From IMG/VR virus record IMGVR_UViG_3300028189_000014, positions 1-62,200 of that record: a stretch of DNA of 62,200 bases. The stretch is one strand, 5' to 3'. The stretch is from a virus. Lineage: Duplodnaviria; Caudoviricetes. Shown here piece after piece: positions 9,789-19,500 of this stretch (position 1 is its first letter; every line of letters begins with the position of its first letter). A program made the translations under genes and the position numbers. Under the pieces are notes generated by a model, which saw only the letters and a program-made list of their open reading frames with translations, had not been told where the DNA came from and did not search any database.

Positions 9789-9974
9789 TCACAGTTTGAT
9801 CGCTTCAAGTATACCTAGTTGTGTGGCAACGGCATAAAGACATATCCCATAAACCCCGCCTTTAATGTGAGCTAACTGTTTATTTATCTCGTCCAGCGTA
9901 GTCTCCAACTCATCAATTCTCTGTCTGTGGACTTTTATTATTGTCTCCATTTCACTGCATCTGTGCTCGTCCAT
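9789..9974 (-). CDS. Small coiled-coil + TM protein (holin/XhlA-like candidate)
   Basis: Coiled coil followed by hydrophobic C-terminus, lysis region. Confidence 0.4.
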   Translation of the reverse strand: MDEHRCSEMETIIKVHRQRIDELETTLDEINKQLAHIKGGVYGICLYAVATQLGILEAIKL

Positions 9975-10418
9975 TTACTTCATCCCTATAATTAATTTAA
10001 GTCCACCAACCAGTGATCCAGCAAGAATAAAGAAGGCTATTATCCAAGCCGCACAAGTCATAATGAAATCAGTTCTCTCTTCTCGCTGTCGCTCTTCATC
10101 ACGCTGTGCTTTGAGTCGTGCTTTCTGCTGTTCACCCTCGAAGCGAAGGAAATCATCCCACATCATATGCCGCGTCCTGACCATGAGTTCTTTTAACTGA
10201 TCTCTTTTATTCCGCATGGCTTCTTGAGCCATGAATATCTCAAGGTCAGACTCTTGCTCTGATCCTTTCTTAGCCATCCTAGCTTTGTGGTCAATCTCCC
10301 GACCAGCGTCTGAGAACTTAGCTAGGTGATCACCTAGTTCAAATATCTCCTTGCCATTAGACACCGCAGTCTTGATGACCTCGAATGCGGCGTTGGCTAT
10401 GGCTAGTTCAGCTAACAT
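9975..10418 (-). CDS. Membrane-anchored hypothetical protein
   Basis: C-terminal TM segment. Confidence 0.5.
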   Translation of the reverse strand: MLAELAIANAAFEVIKTAVSNGKEIFELGDHLAKFSDAGREIDHKARMAKKGSEQESDLEIFMAQEAMRNKRDQLKELMVRTRHMMWDDFLRFEGEQQKARLKAQRDEERQREERTDFIMTCAAWIIAFFILAGSLVGGLKLIIGMK

Positions 10419-10728
10419 CTACATCCCATTCTTGGGTTGCTTCGTTCCATGTATACATCTGCCCATCGTCCGGCATTGGGGTTGGTGCATCCCAGAGACA
10501 AGTATCTTCGTTCAGTATCCACGATGAATAGGGTTTCGGTGGAATGAAAGCATCTCTGCCTTTGTCGTATGTGTATCCGATTCCTGCGTAGTTTTTGCGG
10601 AAGTTGCCGTTGTAAGATGTTTGTACCCAGAGAAATGAATCGCCGACATGACCTGAATTAATAAAGTTTTGTTCAGCCACTATTACTTGAGTGACTACGT
10701 TGTTTTCTAACTTTGCGAAATGACTCAT
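10408..10728 (-). CDS. Small tail-fibre-associated protein
   Basis: HFAK...WVQTSYN..FRKNYAGIGYTYD..RDAFIPPKP pattern familiar from aquatic phages. Confidence 0.65.
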   Translation of the reverse strand: MSHFAKLENNVVTQVIVAEQNFINSGHVGDSFLWVQTSYNGNFRKNYAGIGYTYDKGRDAFIPPKPYSSWILNEDTCLWDAPTPMPDDGQMYTWNEATQEWDVDVS

Positions 10729-11987
10729 GTTAAATACCTCACGATTACCATACCAGAACCACCTGCACCACCTGCACCTCCGCCGCCGCCGGTGTTAGTA
10801 AGTCCGTTTTGTTCAGTCTCTGTGCCGTTATTCCAACCACGACCACCTCCGCCAGTACCCCCATCATATTTTTCATTACCGGCAGGTAATCCACCAGAAC
10901 CCCCTCCTCCGGCAAACCAACCAAACTCACCAACCGAAGAACCAAAATAACTCGTCATATCTTTACCGACACCACCTACCCCACCTGATCCGGAATTATA
11001 ATTAGCACCTGCACCACCTGCACCACCTCCTCCTCCTCCATAAGGAGAGGTACCCCCAGAAAGCCCTCCATTACTACCGAATCCAGTAGAGCTATAAGTT
11101 GAAATCCCATCTGATGTATCATCTAATTGTAATGCGTTTGCTCCTGTGTACCCTGGGTACCAATTACCGCCCCCAGACCCTCCATCTTCAGCATTGTCAG
11201 TGTTATTATCATATCCACCATGACCCCCTCCGAATGATGTTAGAGTCCTTGCATTACCAACAAAAGTAGAATTAGAGCCAGAGTATCCCTCTGCACCTCC
11301 TGCGCCGACAGCTATTGTGTAGGAGGTCGGAATAATTGGGAGGTTTTGAATAAATATCAACCCACCTGCCCCACCACCGGCAGCACGTTGATTGTAGTTA
11401 TCTCCGCCGCCGCCACCACCACCGACAATCATTACATCAATTAAACTATTACCACTGACCGTTACATCGAACACCCCTCCGGTAGTAAACGTGTGAATTG
11501 TGTAATCACCAAAAACAGTGACTGTACCACCGGTAGCTATTGTACTTAGTGGTAAATTCCCACTCCCAGAACCAATATTAGTCCACACATTTGCGTTGGT
11601 AGTCGCATCTGTACAAACGTATGCTTCACCAGATGTTGAGTTGATCCAGAAGTGACCTACTGCAAGGTTTTCTGTAATAAGTGGGTCAATTGTTGCTGTG
11701 GTTGAGTCGGGGGTAATGATAGTAGCGTTAGTCCCTACAGCATCAAGCGTTCCATCGGATAACCCAGCGATTAATGTGCCGCCACCTATGTCATCAAATG
11801 TTGCTGCTGCGAGCTCAATAGTTTCTTGAGCTTGAATGGCGAGTACTGTATCAGTGCCATTCTGAGTCTGCTTAATAAACACTCGCCCATCATTACTATT
11901 AATGGCAAACTCACCAGACTCAATTTCTGTAGTAGTCGGTGTGCTACCTGCTGTACTTGAGCGTTTAACCAGTATCTTATTTGCCAT
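10725..11987 (-). CDS. Glycine-rich tail fibre/structural protein
   Basis: GGGGGG, GGGAGG and GGSGMVIVRY motifs; KRSSTAGSTP N-terminus. Confidence 0.75.
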   Translation of the reverse strand: MANKILVKRSSTAGSTPTTTEIESGEFAINSNDGRVFIKQTQNGTDTVLAIQAQETIELAAATFDDIGGGTLIAGLSDGTLDAVGTNATIITPDSTTATIDPLITENLAVGHFWINSTSGEAYVCTDATTNANVWTNIGSGSGNLPLSTIATGGTVTVFGDYTIHTFTTGGVFDVTVSGNSLIDVMIVGGGGGGGDNYNQRAAGGGAGGLIFIQNLPIIPTSYTIAVGAGGAEGYSGSNSTFVGNARTLTSFGGGHGGYDNNTDNAEDGGSGGGNWYPGYTGANALQLDDTSDGISTYSSTGFGSNGGLSGGTSPYGGGGGGAGGAGANYNSGSGGVGGVGKDMTSYFGSSVGEFGWFAGGGGSGGLPAGNEKYDGGTGGGGRGWNNGTETEQNGLTNTGGGGGAGGAGGSGMVIVRYLT

Positions 11988-11995
11988 AGTCTTCT

Positions 11996-12901
11996 CTAGA
12001 AAGAACCGCCATCAATTGTAGATGTAGCTGATAATTTAGAATCTAATTCTGTTATCAGATTTAAACCTTCAGCGTGACTTTCAAATGCAGATACTATCTC
12101 GTTTACTGTATTGATGATACTGTCGCCATCAGCAGTAGTCATAGTTGAGTACCATGAATAAACTGAATTATGATTCGTCTTATCAGTGCTGCTCATCAAC
12201 CCAGCAGTTGTAGTTGTAGCGTCTGAATAGGTTGTGTCAGATGCGCTTAAAACGCCACTAGCGATAGATAAGTTTGTGCCTACTTTAATGCCGCCCAGAA
12301 CTGATGCTTCAGCGGTGGGTAAGGTATATCCTGCGGCATTCGCACTCAACACCCCACTAGTCATAGTTAGATTATTACCTATTTTCACACCGCCAGAAAC
12401 TGTACCCGTCGCTACAGGTAAGGAATAGTTATTGGCGCTCGCTGCTATCCCATCAAGTTTTGTAGCTAAGGTTGAAGTGAAATTCTTTTGTGTAAGACCA
12501 TCATCCCCCACCGAATAGGTTGTGTCCGTGAACACTGCATTTGACGGGACTGCTTTACCTACTGAGAAACTGCTCACAGTAGCTGCGTCAATGTTCAGCG
12601 CATTAATGTCCGTTTGAGTCTGATCAGCAGTAGCATTATCTTCGATATTAGATAACTTGGTATTAAGCGCAGTTGAGAAGTTTACATCAGTTGATACATA
12701 ACTAGCATCGCTGACGATGTTTGCATCGTATCCTTGAACAACTGTACCAATTTCACCACCAATCGTGGCAATACTGCTGCCGCTCTCGCCAATATAAAGT
12801 TTTGCGCCATTTTCAGCATAGGCTAACTCGCCAACTGCCAACGATGTTGGAATTGTATTGCCCGACGAACCAGCGCGTTTTATCTGAATTGTATTTGCCA
12901 T
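11996..12901 (-). CDS. Fibre protein with LP.A...LGG.KVG repeats
   Basis: IQIKR...GELAY N-terminus; YSLPVATGTVSGGVKIG and YTLPTAEASVLGGIKVG repeats. Confidence 0.7.
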   Translation of the reverse strand: MANTIQIKRAGSSGNTIPTSLAVGELAYAENGAKLYIGESGSSIATIGGEIGTVVQGYDANIVSDASYVSTDVNFSTALNTKLSNIEDNATADQTQTDINALNIDAATVSSFSVGKAVPSNAVFTDTTYSVGDDGLTQKNFTSTLATKLDGIAASANNYSLPVATGTVSGGVKIGNNLTMTSGVLSANAAGYTLPTAEASVLGGIKVGTNLSIASGVLSASDTTYSDATTTTAGLMSSTDKTNHNSVYSWYSTMTTADGDSIINTVNEIVSAFESHAEGLNLITELDSKLSATSTIDGGSF

Positions 12902-12913
12902 TGTATTTCCTCG

Positions 12914-13117
12914 TTAAAAATATCCGCCATTAAGCGGTAAGTCAGTTGTTGTTGAATCTACGGTAGAATTCGGGCATATCTTAGCCATGATTTTTTGAGC
13001 ATGTAACACGTTGTTATGCGTTATTTTCTGCGAAGCAGTTGCCTCGGTTACTAAAAACAATGTGCCATCTTCAACGGTGGTTAATTCATCGAGATCACTA
13101 AGTTTTTTATCAGCCAT
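12914..13117 (-). CDS. Small structural protein
   Basis: MADKKLSDL, a fibre N-terminal-like motif. Confidence 0.45.
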   Translation of the reverse strand: MADKKLSDLDELTTVEDGTLFLVTEATASQKITHNNVLHAQKIMAKICPNSTVDSTTTDLPLNGGYF

Positions 13118-13427
13118 CGAACTTCCTCACTTTAGCCATAAAATCAATTGTCCATTTTGCATCTACCCCCGACGAATCCACAGTCAACTCACCAAAATAT
13201 TGGGTGTCTGCACTTAACGTCGCGAAACTACTTTGTAGTACAGCGAGATAGTCGCCTGTTGTACTATTTGTAACTAAGGGTAGCGTAAGTTCAGTGCCTA
13301 CGTTTGCTCCATCAATATCTTTGAGCTGGAATTTCACAGTAGCTGCGCCCAAAAACACATTTTCTGAAGAGTCCTTCAAATTCGATATTGCGATGGTGGT
13401 GTCATTATCTATATATAACGTCTGCAT
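13110..13427 (-). CDS. Hypothetical structural protein (BppU-like candidate)
   Basis: Beta-rich, LGAATVKF motif, tail cluster. Confidence 0.4.
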   Translation of the reverse strand: MQTLYIDNDTTIAISNLKDSSENVFLGAATVKFQLKDIDGANVGTELTLPLVTNSTTGDYLAVLQSSFATLSADTQYFGELTVDSSGVDAKWTIDFMAKVRKFDG

Positions 13428-13431
13428 TGCC

Positions 13432-13716
13432 CTATGCCTCTATTATTAAATTAGACCCGTCAGAGAACAAGAATTTATCTCCACTCGATAGTAGTAATAC
13501 AGGTGTAGAGAAATACTGCTCTTGTCTAGCCTGACGAGCTGCTGCAGTTGTTACCGCAAAAACATAACTATTAATATGTAGCAGTGCATCTACTGTCTTT
13601 AACTCTAGATCTCCAACTACTCTTGACGTAAGTAAGCTAGTAAGAGTCGTACCTACAGTAGCCGTGCCTGTAGCAGTTACACTAGGCGTAACTGTGATTT
13701 TAGATTTAGTTATCAT
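13432..13716 (-). CDS. Hypothetical structural protein
   Basis: ORF in tail operon. Confidence 0.45.
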   Translation of the reverse strand: MITKSKITVTPSVTATGTATVGTTLTSLLTSRVVGDLELKTVDALLHINSYVFAVTTAAARQARQEQYFSTPVLLLSSGDKFLFSDGSNLIIEA

Positions 13717-14341
13717 TGATACTTACAAGCGATGGGTCAGCATCAGCCAATGGGTCAATCGCCCATTCATAACTATTAACCTTGCTCACCGTTGACTCCC
13801 TAGTAATCAATGGGTCGCCATAAGTTTCAACACCCTCTTCAGATGTGTGCTTGGTTTTATTCACCATTGTTACTGGATGATTATCATAGGCTTTAACCGC
13901 ATCTAAATCAGCCAGAGCATTAATCTCAGTTTCTTTACGATTTGAGTCTGTACGAATTGCGGCACGATACGCTTTAACATCAGCGTTCATTGCTGTGCCA
14001 CCATCGGCTTCACGAATAACCATCCAATCGGTTTCTGCTATCTTGCTTGATGCGATTTGGCGAACCTGACTAATCATATTATTCTTTAAGTCAGCAACAT
14101 CTCTATCAATACCAGCGTAAGTGCCAACAACCTCGCCATTAACTACCGCTCTGGTTAACTGCCCTTGCCATTGATATTTCGAGTTAATCCCAATTTCACT
14201 GTATGGCAGAATGTCTAACTCAGCGAGTTGCTCCCTACTCCATTGCGTGAAGATATTTCTGGGATATTGAACCCCATTAATCGTTAAACCTCTGGTGGAT
14301 TTAACAACAAATCCTGAATCTATACTTCCAACAAACCACAT
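13706..14341 (-). CDS. Tail fibre assembly/chaperone-like protein
   Basis: TDWMVIRE...KAYRAAIR motif. Confidence 0.6.
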   Translation of the reverse strand: MWFVGSIDSGFVVKSTRGLTINGVQYPRNIFTQWSREQLAELDILPYSEIGINSKYQWQGQLTRAVVNGEVVGTYAGIDRDVADLKNNMISQVRQIASSKIAETDWMVIREADGGTAMNADVKAYRAAIRTDSNRKETEINALADLDAVKAYDNHPVTMVNKTKHTSEEGVETYGDPLITRESTVSKVNSYEWAIDPLADADPSLVSINDN

Positions 14342-14371
14342 ACTGTTTCTCCTGTAAATTGTAGTTTCATG

Positions 14372-16831
14372 TTATCTTGCGTTAGCATATTTGAATGGTG
14401 TTTCTGCGAAAGCTATGTAGATGTATGTTTGACCAGTTGTATTCTGAGTAGAATCTGAGTGTCTAAGCTTGAAGCCGTTAGAAAGAACATCCAAATATCT
14501 ATTACCATCATATTCTCCTAAAGAGTCATTAGGGAATAGTTCTTTATCAGAAGAATTAGATGGAGCTCTTGAAGTGTCGTGTGTAATCCAGTACCCAGTA
14601 GATGTACTCTTAGTCATCACATAAGCTGGTCTAAACCCTGTATAAACAAACGGTCCATCCGCAACCCCATTACCAGTATACGAACCAACTTTTGAATAGC
14701 CGTCAACGGAGTGGAAACAGTAGGCTATAAAAGTTTCTGTGTCGGCGTTCGTATCTCCTGCGTAACCAATAGCGTAAGTTGATGCGCCCACTGAACTAGG
14801 GTGTGTATCACCCCAAGAGGCTTGACTATTGTCACTTATGGAAGCAGCGGTAGTGTTGAGAAATATCTCGTGTCCTGAAGTTAAATCCTTGTGGTAGGTA
14901 TTCCAACCATCGCCCTGACTGCGTTTCTTAATAATAATCATTTCAGGCGCGGAATTTAGTCCGTGTCCAATAGTTGAATTATCGACACCATTACCTGTAT
15001 ATTTAACAATGCTGAATCCAGCATCACGGTTAGCTGACACTCCCCATCCAGTTGTTAGTGTGCCGGCAGTAACACCAGCGGTTGTATTACTGCTTGATGA
15101 TGTTATTGAACCGCCAGATAACACATTAAAAGTGTTTGCGTTTGTAGCCGCTTTCCAGTTCCAAGCTACGTACGTTCCGCCATTATGATTGAAGTAAGAG
15201 TAAGAGCTATTAGACCCTTTGGTGGCAGTAAAACCATTTTCATCGAAAGATGTTACTTGACCATAAGTAGTTGCGGTGTAGTCTGAGCCTGATGCATCCG
15301 AGCCTTGTATATAACCCGCACCACGAACAGAATCAATTAATGTATGACTTTGAGAGATATTCCTTTGTTTTGCCCATATAAAATCTGGCTGAAAACCAAC
15401 CTCTGTAGATGATACGCTAGACCCTCCATCACCAGCCCATACATCAGTATTAAAATGCTCACTTGGTATAACATCGGGTACAGGAAGATTAGCCGTACAT
15501 AATGCTAGGAATCCTGATGGTGGTTCGTAGAAGAATTCGCCATATGTCCCATCGTTGAAAGGTGAACCAGTTGGACGAGTTGGTAATGATGCAGTTGGTG
15601 TACCAGCGAATGAGGAGTCTTGTCCGAAGTTGGCTACAAAAGTGGAAGAACCAGAACTAGAGCCGTGTACAGAGTAGGGAATCACTGGTTTCTTTGTTGC
15701 TGTTAAATTCTCTGTTCCTTGCGATGAAGTACCTTTGTACCAAGTTATCTGGTTATCGTCTGCGTTGTACGCAATCCTGATAATATCACCGTCTGTATAG
15801 CTTGCAGGAGCTGTGGATACTACCGTTCCCTCAATGTAATAACCATTAGATGCACCTCCCGACCTATAATAACCCGTCTTGTTTGCGTACATAGTGCTGG
15901 TCGCTACACCCGCATCTATAATTCCTGTCATCATTTCACCCACTGAAGATACATAAACTTCCCAGTACCACTTCCCAGACTCAGGTATTAAGAAAGAACC
16001 AAGTATAGGATTAGTATAAGCACCTGTGACAACCCTAGAATTTCCCTCTGATAACGTAACACTAGATGCTATAGCTAAAGGATTAATCGTACAAAAGTTA
16101 TTCGTAGGCGTATCAATCATCTGGTCGGTTGATGCTATGCCAGAAGATGCCCAATGATTTGGGTTTGTAATACGACTTCTATCAGCACCGACTGTAGTTG
16201 TACTAGCAGTGCCAGTACCAGAATCTGCGAAATCTAAGTAAAAACCATTCGTGCCGTAAGTGCCTGTGTATTCAATAGGTTTCCACTCTCCGTAGTCGCC
16301 AGTCTCACCAAAGTCTGATGGCGTTAATGCCTGTCCGTCTATGAAGTTGACTTCTGCGAGGTAGCCGTCAAAATATGTCACACTAAATCTGCCAAGGTGG
16401 TGGGATGTTGTGTTAGCATTTAATTTGGTGATTGTTCCTGTGTAACTTCCGACTTCAACTGAGTTCCAATAGGCTTTTATATTTGTGCCGTTACTACGAA
16501 CAACCACATGCGCCCATGCAGACGGGTCACGATACACACCCGTAGTTGCTATTGCCACAGACCCATCATTTTTCATTACTCTAAGAATATCGTATTCATT
16601 AAAATAAATACCAGCATATCCAGTGGATTCTGCAAAAATTCCAGCCGAACCTGTAGAAACTCTTTTCAACCAGCAAGAAAATGTCCATATAGTATTACTA
16701 GTTGGTGTACCGAAAGTCTTACTCAAATATGAATTGTCACCATCCTCAAACCGCAGTGAGTTATCTATCGTGTAACCACCAGCACCAGCACCAGCCGCAC
16801 CTTGCCTTGTTTTATCCGAAGTAAATGCCAT
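14372..16831 (-). CDS. LamG/ConA- and SPRY-like lectin-domain tail fibre
   Basis: TFSCWLKR, YFDGYLAEVNFIDGQAL, GKWYWEV, FQPDFIW.K.R, YTGFRPAYV, NGFKLR, YIYIAFAE. Confidence 0.8.
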   Translation of the reverse strand: MAFTSDKTRQGAAGAGAGGYTIDNSLRFEDGDNSYLSKTFGTPTSNTIWTFSCWLKRVSTGSAGIFAESTGYAGIYFNEYDILRVMKNDGSVAIATTGVYRDPSAWAHVVVRSNGTNIKAYWNSVEVGSYTGTITKLNANTTSHHLGRFSVTYFDGYLAEVNFIDGQALTPSDFGETGDYGEWKPIEYTGTYGTNGFYLDFADSGTGTASTTTVGADRSRITNPNHWASSGIASTDQMIDTPTNNFCTINPLAIASSVTLSEGNSRVVTGAYTNPILGSFLIPESGKWYWEVYVSSVGEMMTGIIDAGVATSTMYANKTGYYRSGGASNGYYIEGTVVSTAPASYTDGDIIRIAYNADDNQITWYKGTSSQGTENLTATKKPVIPYSVHGSSSGSSTFVANFGQDSSFAGTPTASLPTRPTGSPFNDGTYGEFFYEPPSGFLALCTANLPVPDVIPSEHFNTDVWAGDGGSSVSSTEVGFQPDFIWAKQRNISQSHTLIDSVRGAGYIQGSDASGSDYTATTYGQVTSFDENGFTATKGSNSSYSYFNHNGGTYVAWNWKAATNANTFNVLSGGSITSSSSNTTAGVTAGTLTTGWGVSANRDAGFSIVKYTGNGVDNSTIGHGLNSAPEMIIIKKRSQGDGWNTYHKDLTSGHEIFLNTTAASISDNSQASWGDTHPSSVGASTYAIGYAGDTNADTETFIAYCFHSVDGYSKVGSYTGNGVADGPFVYTGFRPAYVMTKSTSTGYWITHDTSRAPSNSSDKELFPNDSLGEYDGNRYLDVLSNGFKLRHSDSTQNTTGQTYIYIAFAETPFKYANAR

Positions 16832-17397
16832 TATGCAAACCCACTACCAGCTTCCATTCCGTACCAACTTGTTCCGTCACTCAGGAATGAATAAATTGAA
16901 ATTGTAGTCGCTGATGGTACTGTACCACCCGACCAGAGAATTGTTGCGCCCGCCCAAGCCGGAGCAGTTTTAGTGATAATCGTGAACGACTTACCTGCTG
17001 CAGCTGTCGGCATTGTTACCGTAACTTGCGCGGCATTAGTTAAGTCGAAAATAGTGCCGTTACTCAGATCTACAGTGTATGCAGTTGTTGAGTCAGTCGC
17101 CTCAGTTTCCGTAATACCTTTAAGTGTCTGCGTTGCTGTAAAAGTCTGAGCAGCATCTGTCCGTGCTAAGCCTAGACTCGTACTAGCTAGTGTCCCTATT
17201 TCTACCCACGCACTATTAGCAGTATTGCGAAGTTTTAACTTCCCATTAGCCGTATCAGCCCACCACTGAAAAGCAAAGGTGGTAGGCGGCTCAGTAGCGG
17301 AGCTGTTGTTAGTAGCGATAGCATTTAACGCACTATTAATATCGCTCCTAACTGTTGCCCCACTTGAGTTAGCGATGGTGTAATCATGTGTTGCCAT
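16831..17397 (-). CDS. Tail fibre-like protein
   Basis: Likely start 17397 (MATHDYTIANSSGATVRSDINSAL); WWADT..GKLK.RN motif. Confidence 0.7.
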   Translation of the reverse strand: MATHDYTIANSSGATVRSDINSALNAIATNNSSATEPPTTFAFQWWADTANGKLKLRNTANSAWVEIGTLASTSLGLARTDAAQTFTATQTLKGITETEATDSTTAYTVDLSNGTIFDLTNAAQVTVTMPTAAAGKSFTIITKTAPAWAGATILWSGGTVPSATTISIYSFLSDGTSWYGMEAGSGFA

Positions 17398-18059
17398 TAT
17401 GTACTCCCAAAACCATTGCCAACTTCCATCCCGTACCACTTAACGCCGTCACATAGAAATGAGTATATGGTTCGAGCTGTTCGAGAAGGTACCGCTGAGT
17501 CACCCGACCATGTAATAGGTATAGTAGTTGACCAACTGACTGTTACACCGTTTTTTTCGATAACAGTGAAAGATTTACCCTCATACTCGGCTATGGTAGT
17601 AGTGCCATTAACAGTCGTCGAGGGCATTTCTATTGTTACGTCTTGATCTATCCTGAATATAGTACCTGTACTAAGATCTGGTATATAGTTAACAGACGCA
17701 CCTGAGGTGTTGTAAGTATTTACAGTCTCTACGATAGCTACAGTAGCTAGCGTCGAAGGTGCTAAGTCATCCACTGTATCTTCAAGTAATTCCTTTGTTA
17801 GTCGTAACTCGCAGAGGTCTCCAGAGGCAACTGTCCAACTAACTGCGCTAGCCGCAGTTAATGCAGTACCATTTATAGTAACGATCTTAACAATCGTATT
17901 AGCACTGCCATCTGCCGTAGATAAGGTAACGTAGGTGGAATCCCCTGAGGCTAAAGTGAAATCAGGGAATACATTTGCAGCACCTACCACTATATCTAAA
18001 CCATTGGTACTGATGCTCGTTAGCGTCGTAGAGGCATTATTTGCATATTTAATAGCCAT
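17397..18059 (-). CDS. Tail protein
   Basis: YANNASTTL...ELRLT N-domain; C-terminal domain similar to the next gene. Confidence 0.65.
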   Translation of the reverse strand: MAIKYANNASTTLTSISTNGLDIVVGAANVFPDFTLASGDSTYVTLSTADGSANTIVKIVTINGTALTAASAVSWTVASGDLCELRLTKELLEDTVDDLAPSTLATVAIVETVNTYNTSGASVNYIPDLSTGTIFRIDQDVTIEMPSTTVNGTTTIAEYEGKSFTVIEKNGVTVSWSTTIPITWSGDSAVPSRTARTIYSFLCDGVKWYGMEVGNGFGST

Positions 18060-18062
18060 GAT

Positions 18063-18527
18063 TTAGCTCGCTGCAATGCTGATCGTCCAAGTAATTGTAA
18101 GAGTATCATTAGCTCCTTTAACAACTCCTGTGAAAACAGTACGTGCTAGCATAACGAATGGTGTAGTAGAATCGAAGATGCCCGCTTCTGTAATCGTTAC
18201 ATCTGCTCCAGACCCTACCCCAGCCCAAGTACCTACGAAAACGACATTAGCATCAGTTGAAGTTGTAGCAGCATTGGCAGTTACGCTCGTGGCAGTTTGC
18301 AGAGAGCTAGTCGATAATGGAGTCTCTAATGCTGTATTTCCGACAACAACTGCAGTAGTTCCTGTACCAGTCTCCATTTGCGTCATATCATCTACTGTAT
18401 CACCTGCTATACGGCTCGCTATCCAACTAAAACCTGTATTTACTACTGCGTTGTTTACTTCGCGAACGACTTTACCATTCTTAGCTATGGTTACATTACC
18501 TGTTATTTTTAAGTTATCGTGTGCCAT
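18063..18527 (-). CDS. Tail/structural protein
   Basis: GTGTTA...TALET, ITEAGIF, MLARTVF, DTLTITWTI. Confidence 0.65.
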   Translation of the reverse strand: MAHDNLKITGNVTIAKNGKVVREVNNAVVNTGFSWIASRIAGDTVDDMTQMETGTGTTAVVVGNTALETPLSTSSLQTATSVTANAATTSTDANVVFVGTWAGVGSGADVTITEAGIFDSTTPFVMLARTVFTGVVKGANDTLTITWTISIAAS

Positions 18528-18536
18528 TGTTTTTTC

Positions 18537-19052
18537 CTATGCATTAAGCGTTGTCTTGTTAAAAGGGGTCGTATTAAATCTACTATTGGAGGCTTGGTAT
18601 GTGACTACAACAGTTTCAGAGAATGCTAATCCATCTGCTTTAGTAGTACCGACCCCTAAGCCATGGGTGTCAGTTAGCGCAACATCGTCTGTTAAGTGTC
18701 TACTCCGATCAAAAGCGAATGCGAGTGACTCAGTAAACGTAATCGAATCAGTTAAGGCTTTGTTAATATCAAAGGTCAGTGACTCAGCAAAAGATACGCC
18801 GTCAGTTGCGGTTTCTTCGACTGAGTTTCTCGCTATCGACTGGCTATCAGTTAGTTGGATTTGATCACTGATGATGCGGTGGAAGGCTGTGTTTACTACA
18901 ACGCTATCTGAGAGACCGAAGCTGTCACTGGCTGTAACATATTTCAGGGCTTTTTTAGAGCTAGGATCGGTAAAAATCGAAGTGGCGCGTATATTCTGTA
19001 CATCAGCGCCTGCTGTTATAGAACTTCCCGAAGATGTGATTTTTAAAGCCAT
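18537..19052 (-). CDS. Structural protein with D-S-x-x-F-x-D/E repeats
   Basis: DSFGLSDS, DGVSFAES, DSITFTES, DGLAFSET. Confidence 0.55.
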   Translation of the reverse strand: MALKITSSGSSITAGADVQNIRATSIFTDPSSKKALKYVTASDSFGLSDSVVVNTAFHRIISDQIQLTDSQSIARNSVEETATDGVSFAESLTFDINKALTDSITFTESLAFAFDRSRHLTDDVALTDTHGLGVGTTKADGLAFSETVVVTYQASNSRFNTTPFNKTTLNA

Positions 19053-19426
19053 TAGAAATCTGCTCGGACTTTAAATTTTAATTTGTCGAAAACAGTTTGT
19101 TTTCCACCAGCATCTGAGATTTCTATCTCGGCTTCGTAAGTACCCGCCTCGACATCTAATGTCTTCGGTCCCCATGTCATGAAACATTTACCTGCCGTTC
19201 TCGGGTCTGATATCCCGCATTGTAGAGTAGCTGGAGTAGTATCTGCGCCTAAAGCACGGAAATATACATTGACTGTTGCGCCTGTTAGATCTATTGGAGC
19301 CCACGTTGTAGCGTCGTCGGGGTCTAGCGTCGCGCCAGTAGCCGCAACGTTGGAATCGCGTAAGGTGAAATTAAGTTCTGGCTTATCGTCGCCCGAAACT
19401 AGGTTGATCGTGTCGTAATAAGCCAT
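19052..19426 (-). CDS. BppU-N-like structural protein
   Basis: PIDLTGATV, AGTYEAEIEI, QTV...KFKVRADF. Confidence 0.6.
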   Translation of the reverse strand: MAYYDTINLVSGDDKPELNFTLRDSNVAATGATLDPDDATTWAPIDLTGATVNVYFRALGADTTPATLQCGISDPRTAGKCFMTWGPKTLDVEAGTYEAEIEISDAGGKQTVFDKLKFKVRADF

Positions 19427-19500
19427 TCTTTAACTCCAGTTAGAGGTTATTCTCAGCATCGGCTATGCGGTTATAAGCATAGCTTATTTTATTGGGGAAA

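Noticed and set aside
18076-18864. Long antisense ORFs (e.g. 18076-18864, 24563-25051, 37215-37685)
   Set aside because: Shadow frames opposite well-supported structural genes, with no motifs
2606-19426. Diversity-generating retroelement or invertible tail-fibre cassette
   Set aside because: No reverse transcriptase or serine invertase ORF and no TR/VR pair seen by eye
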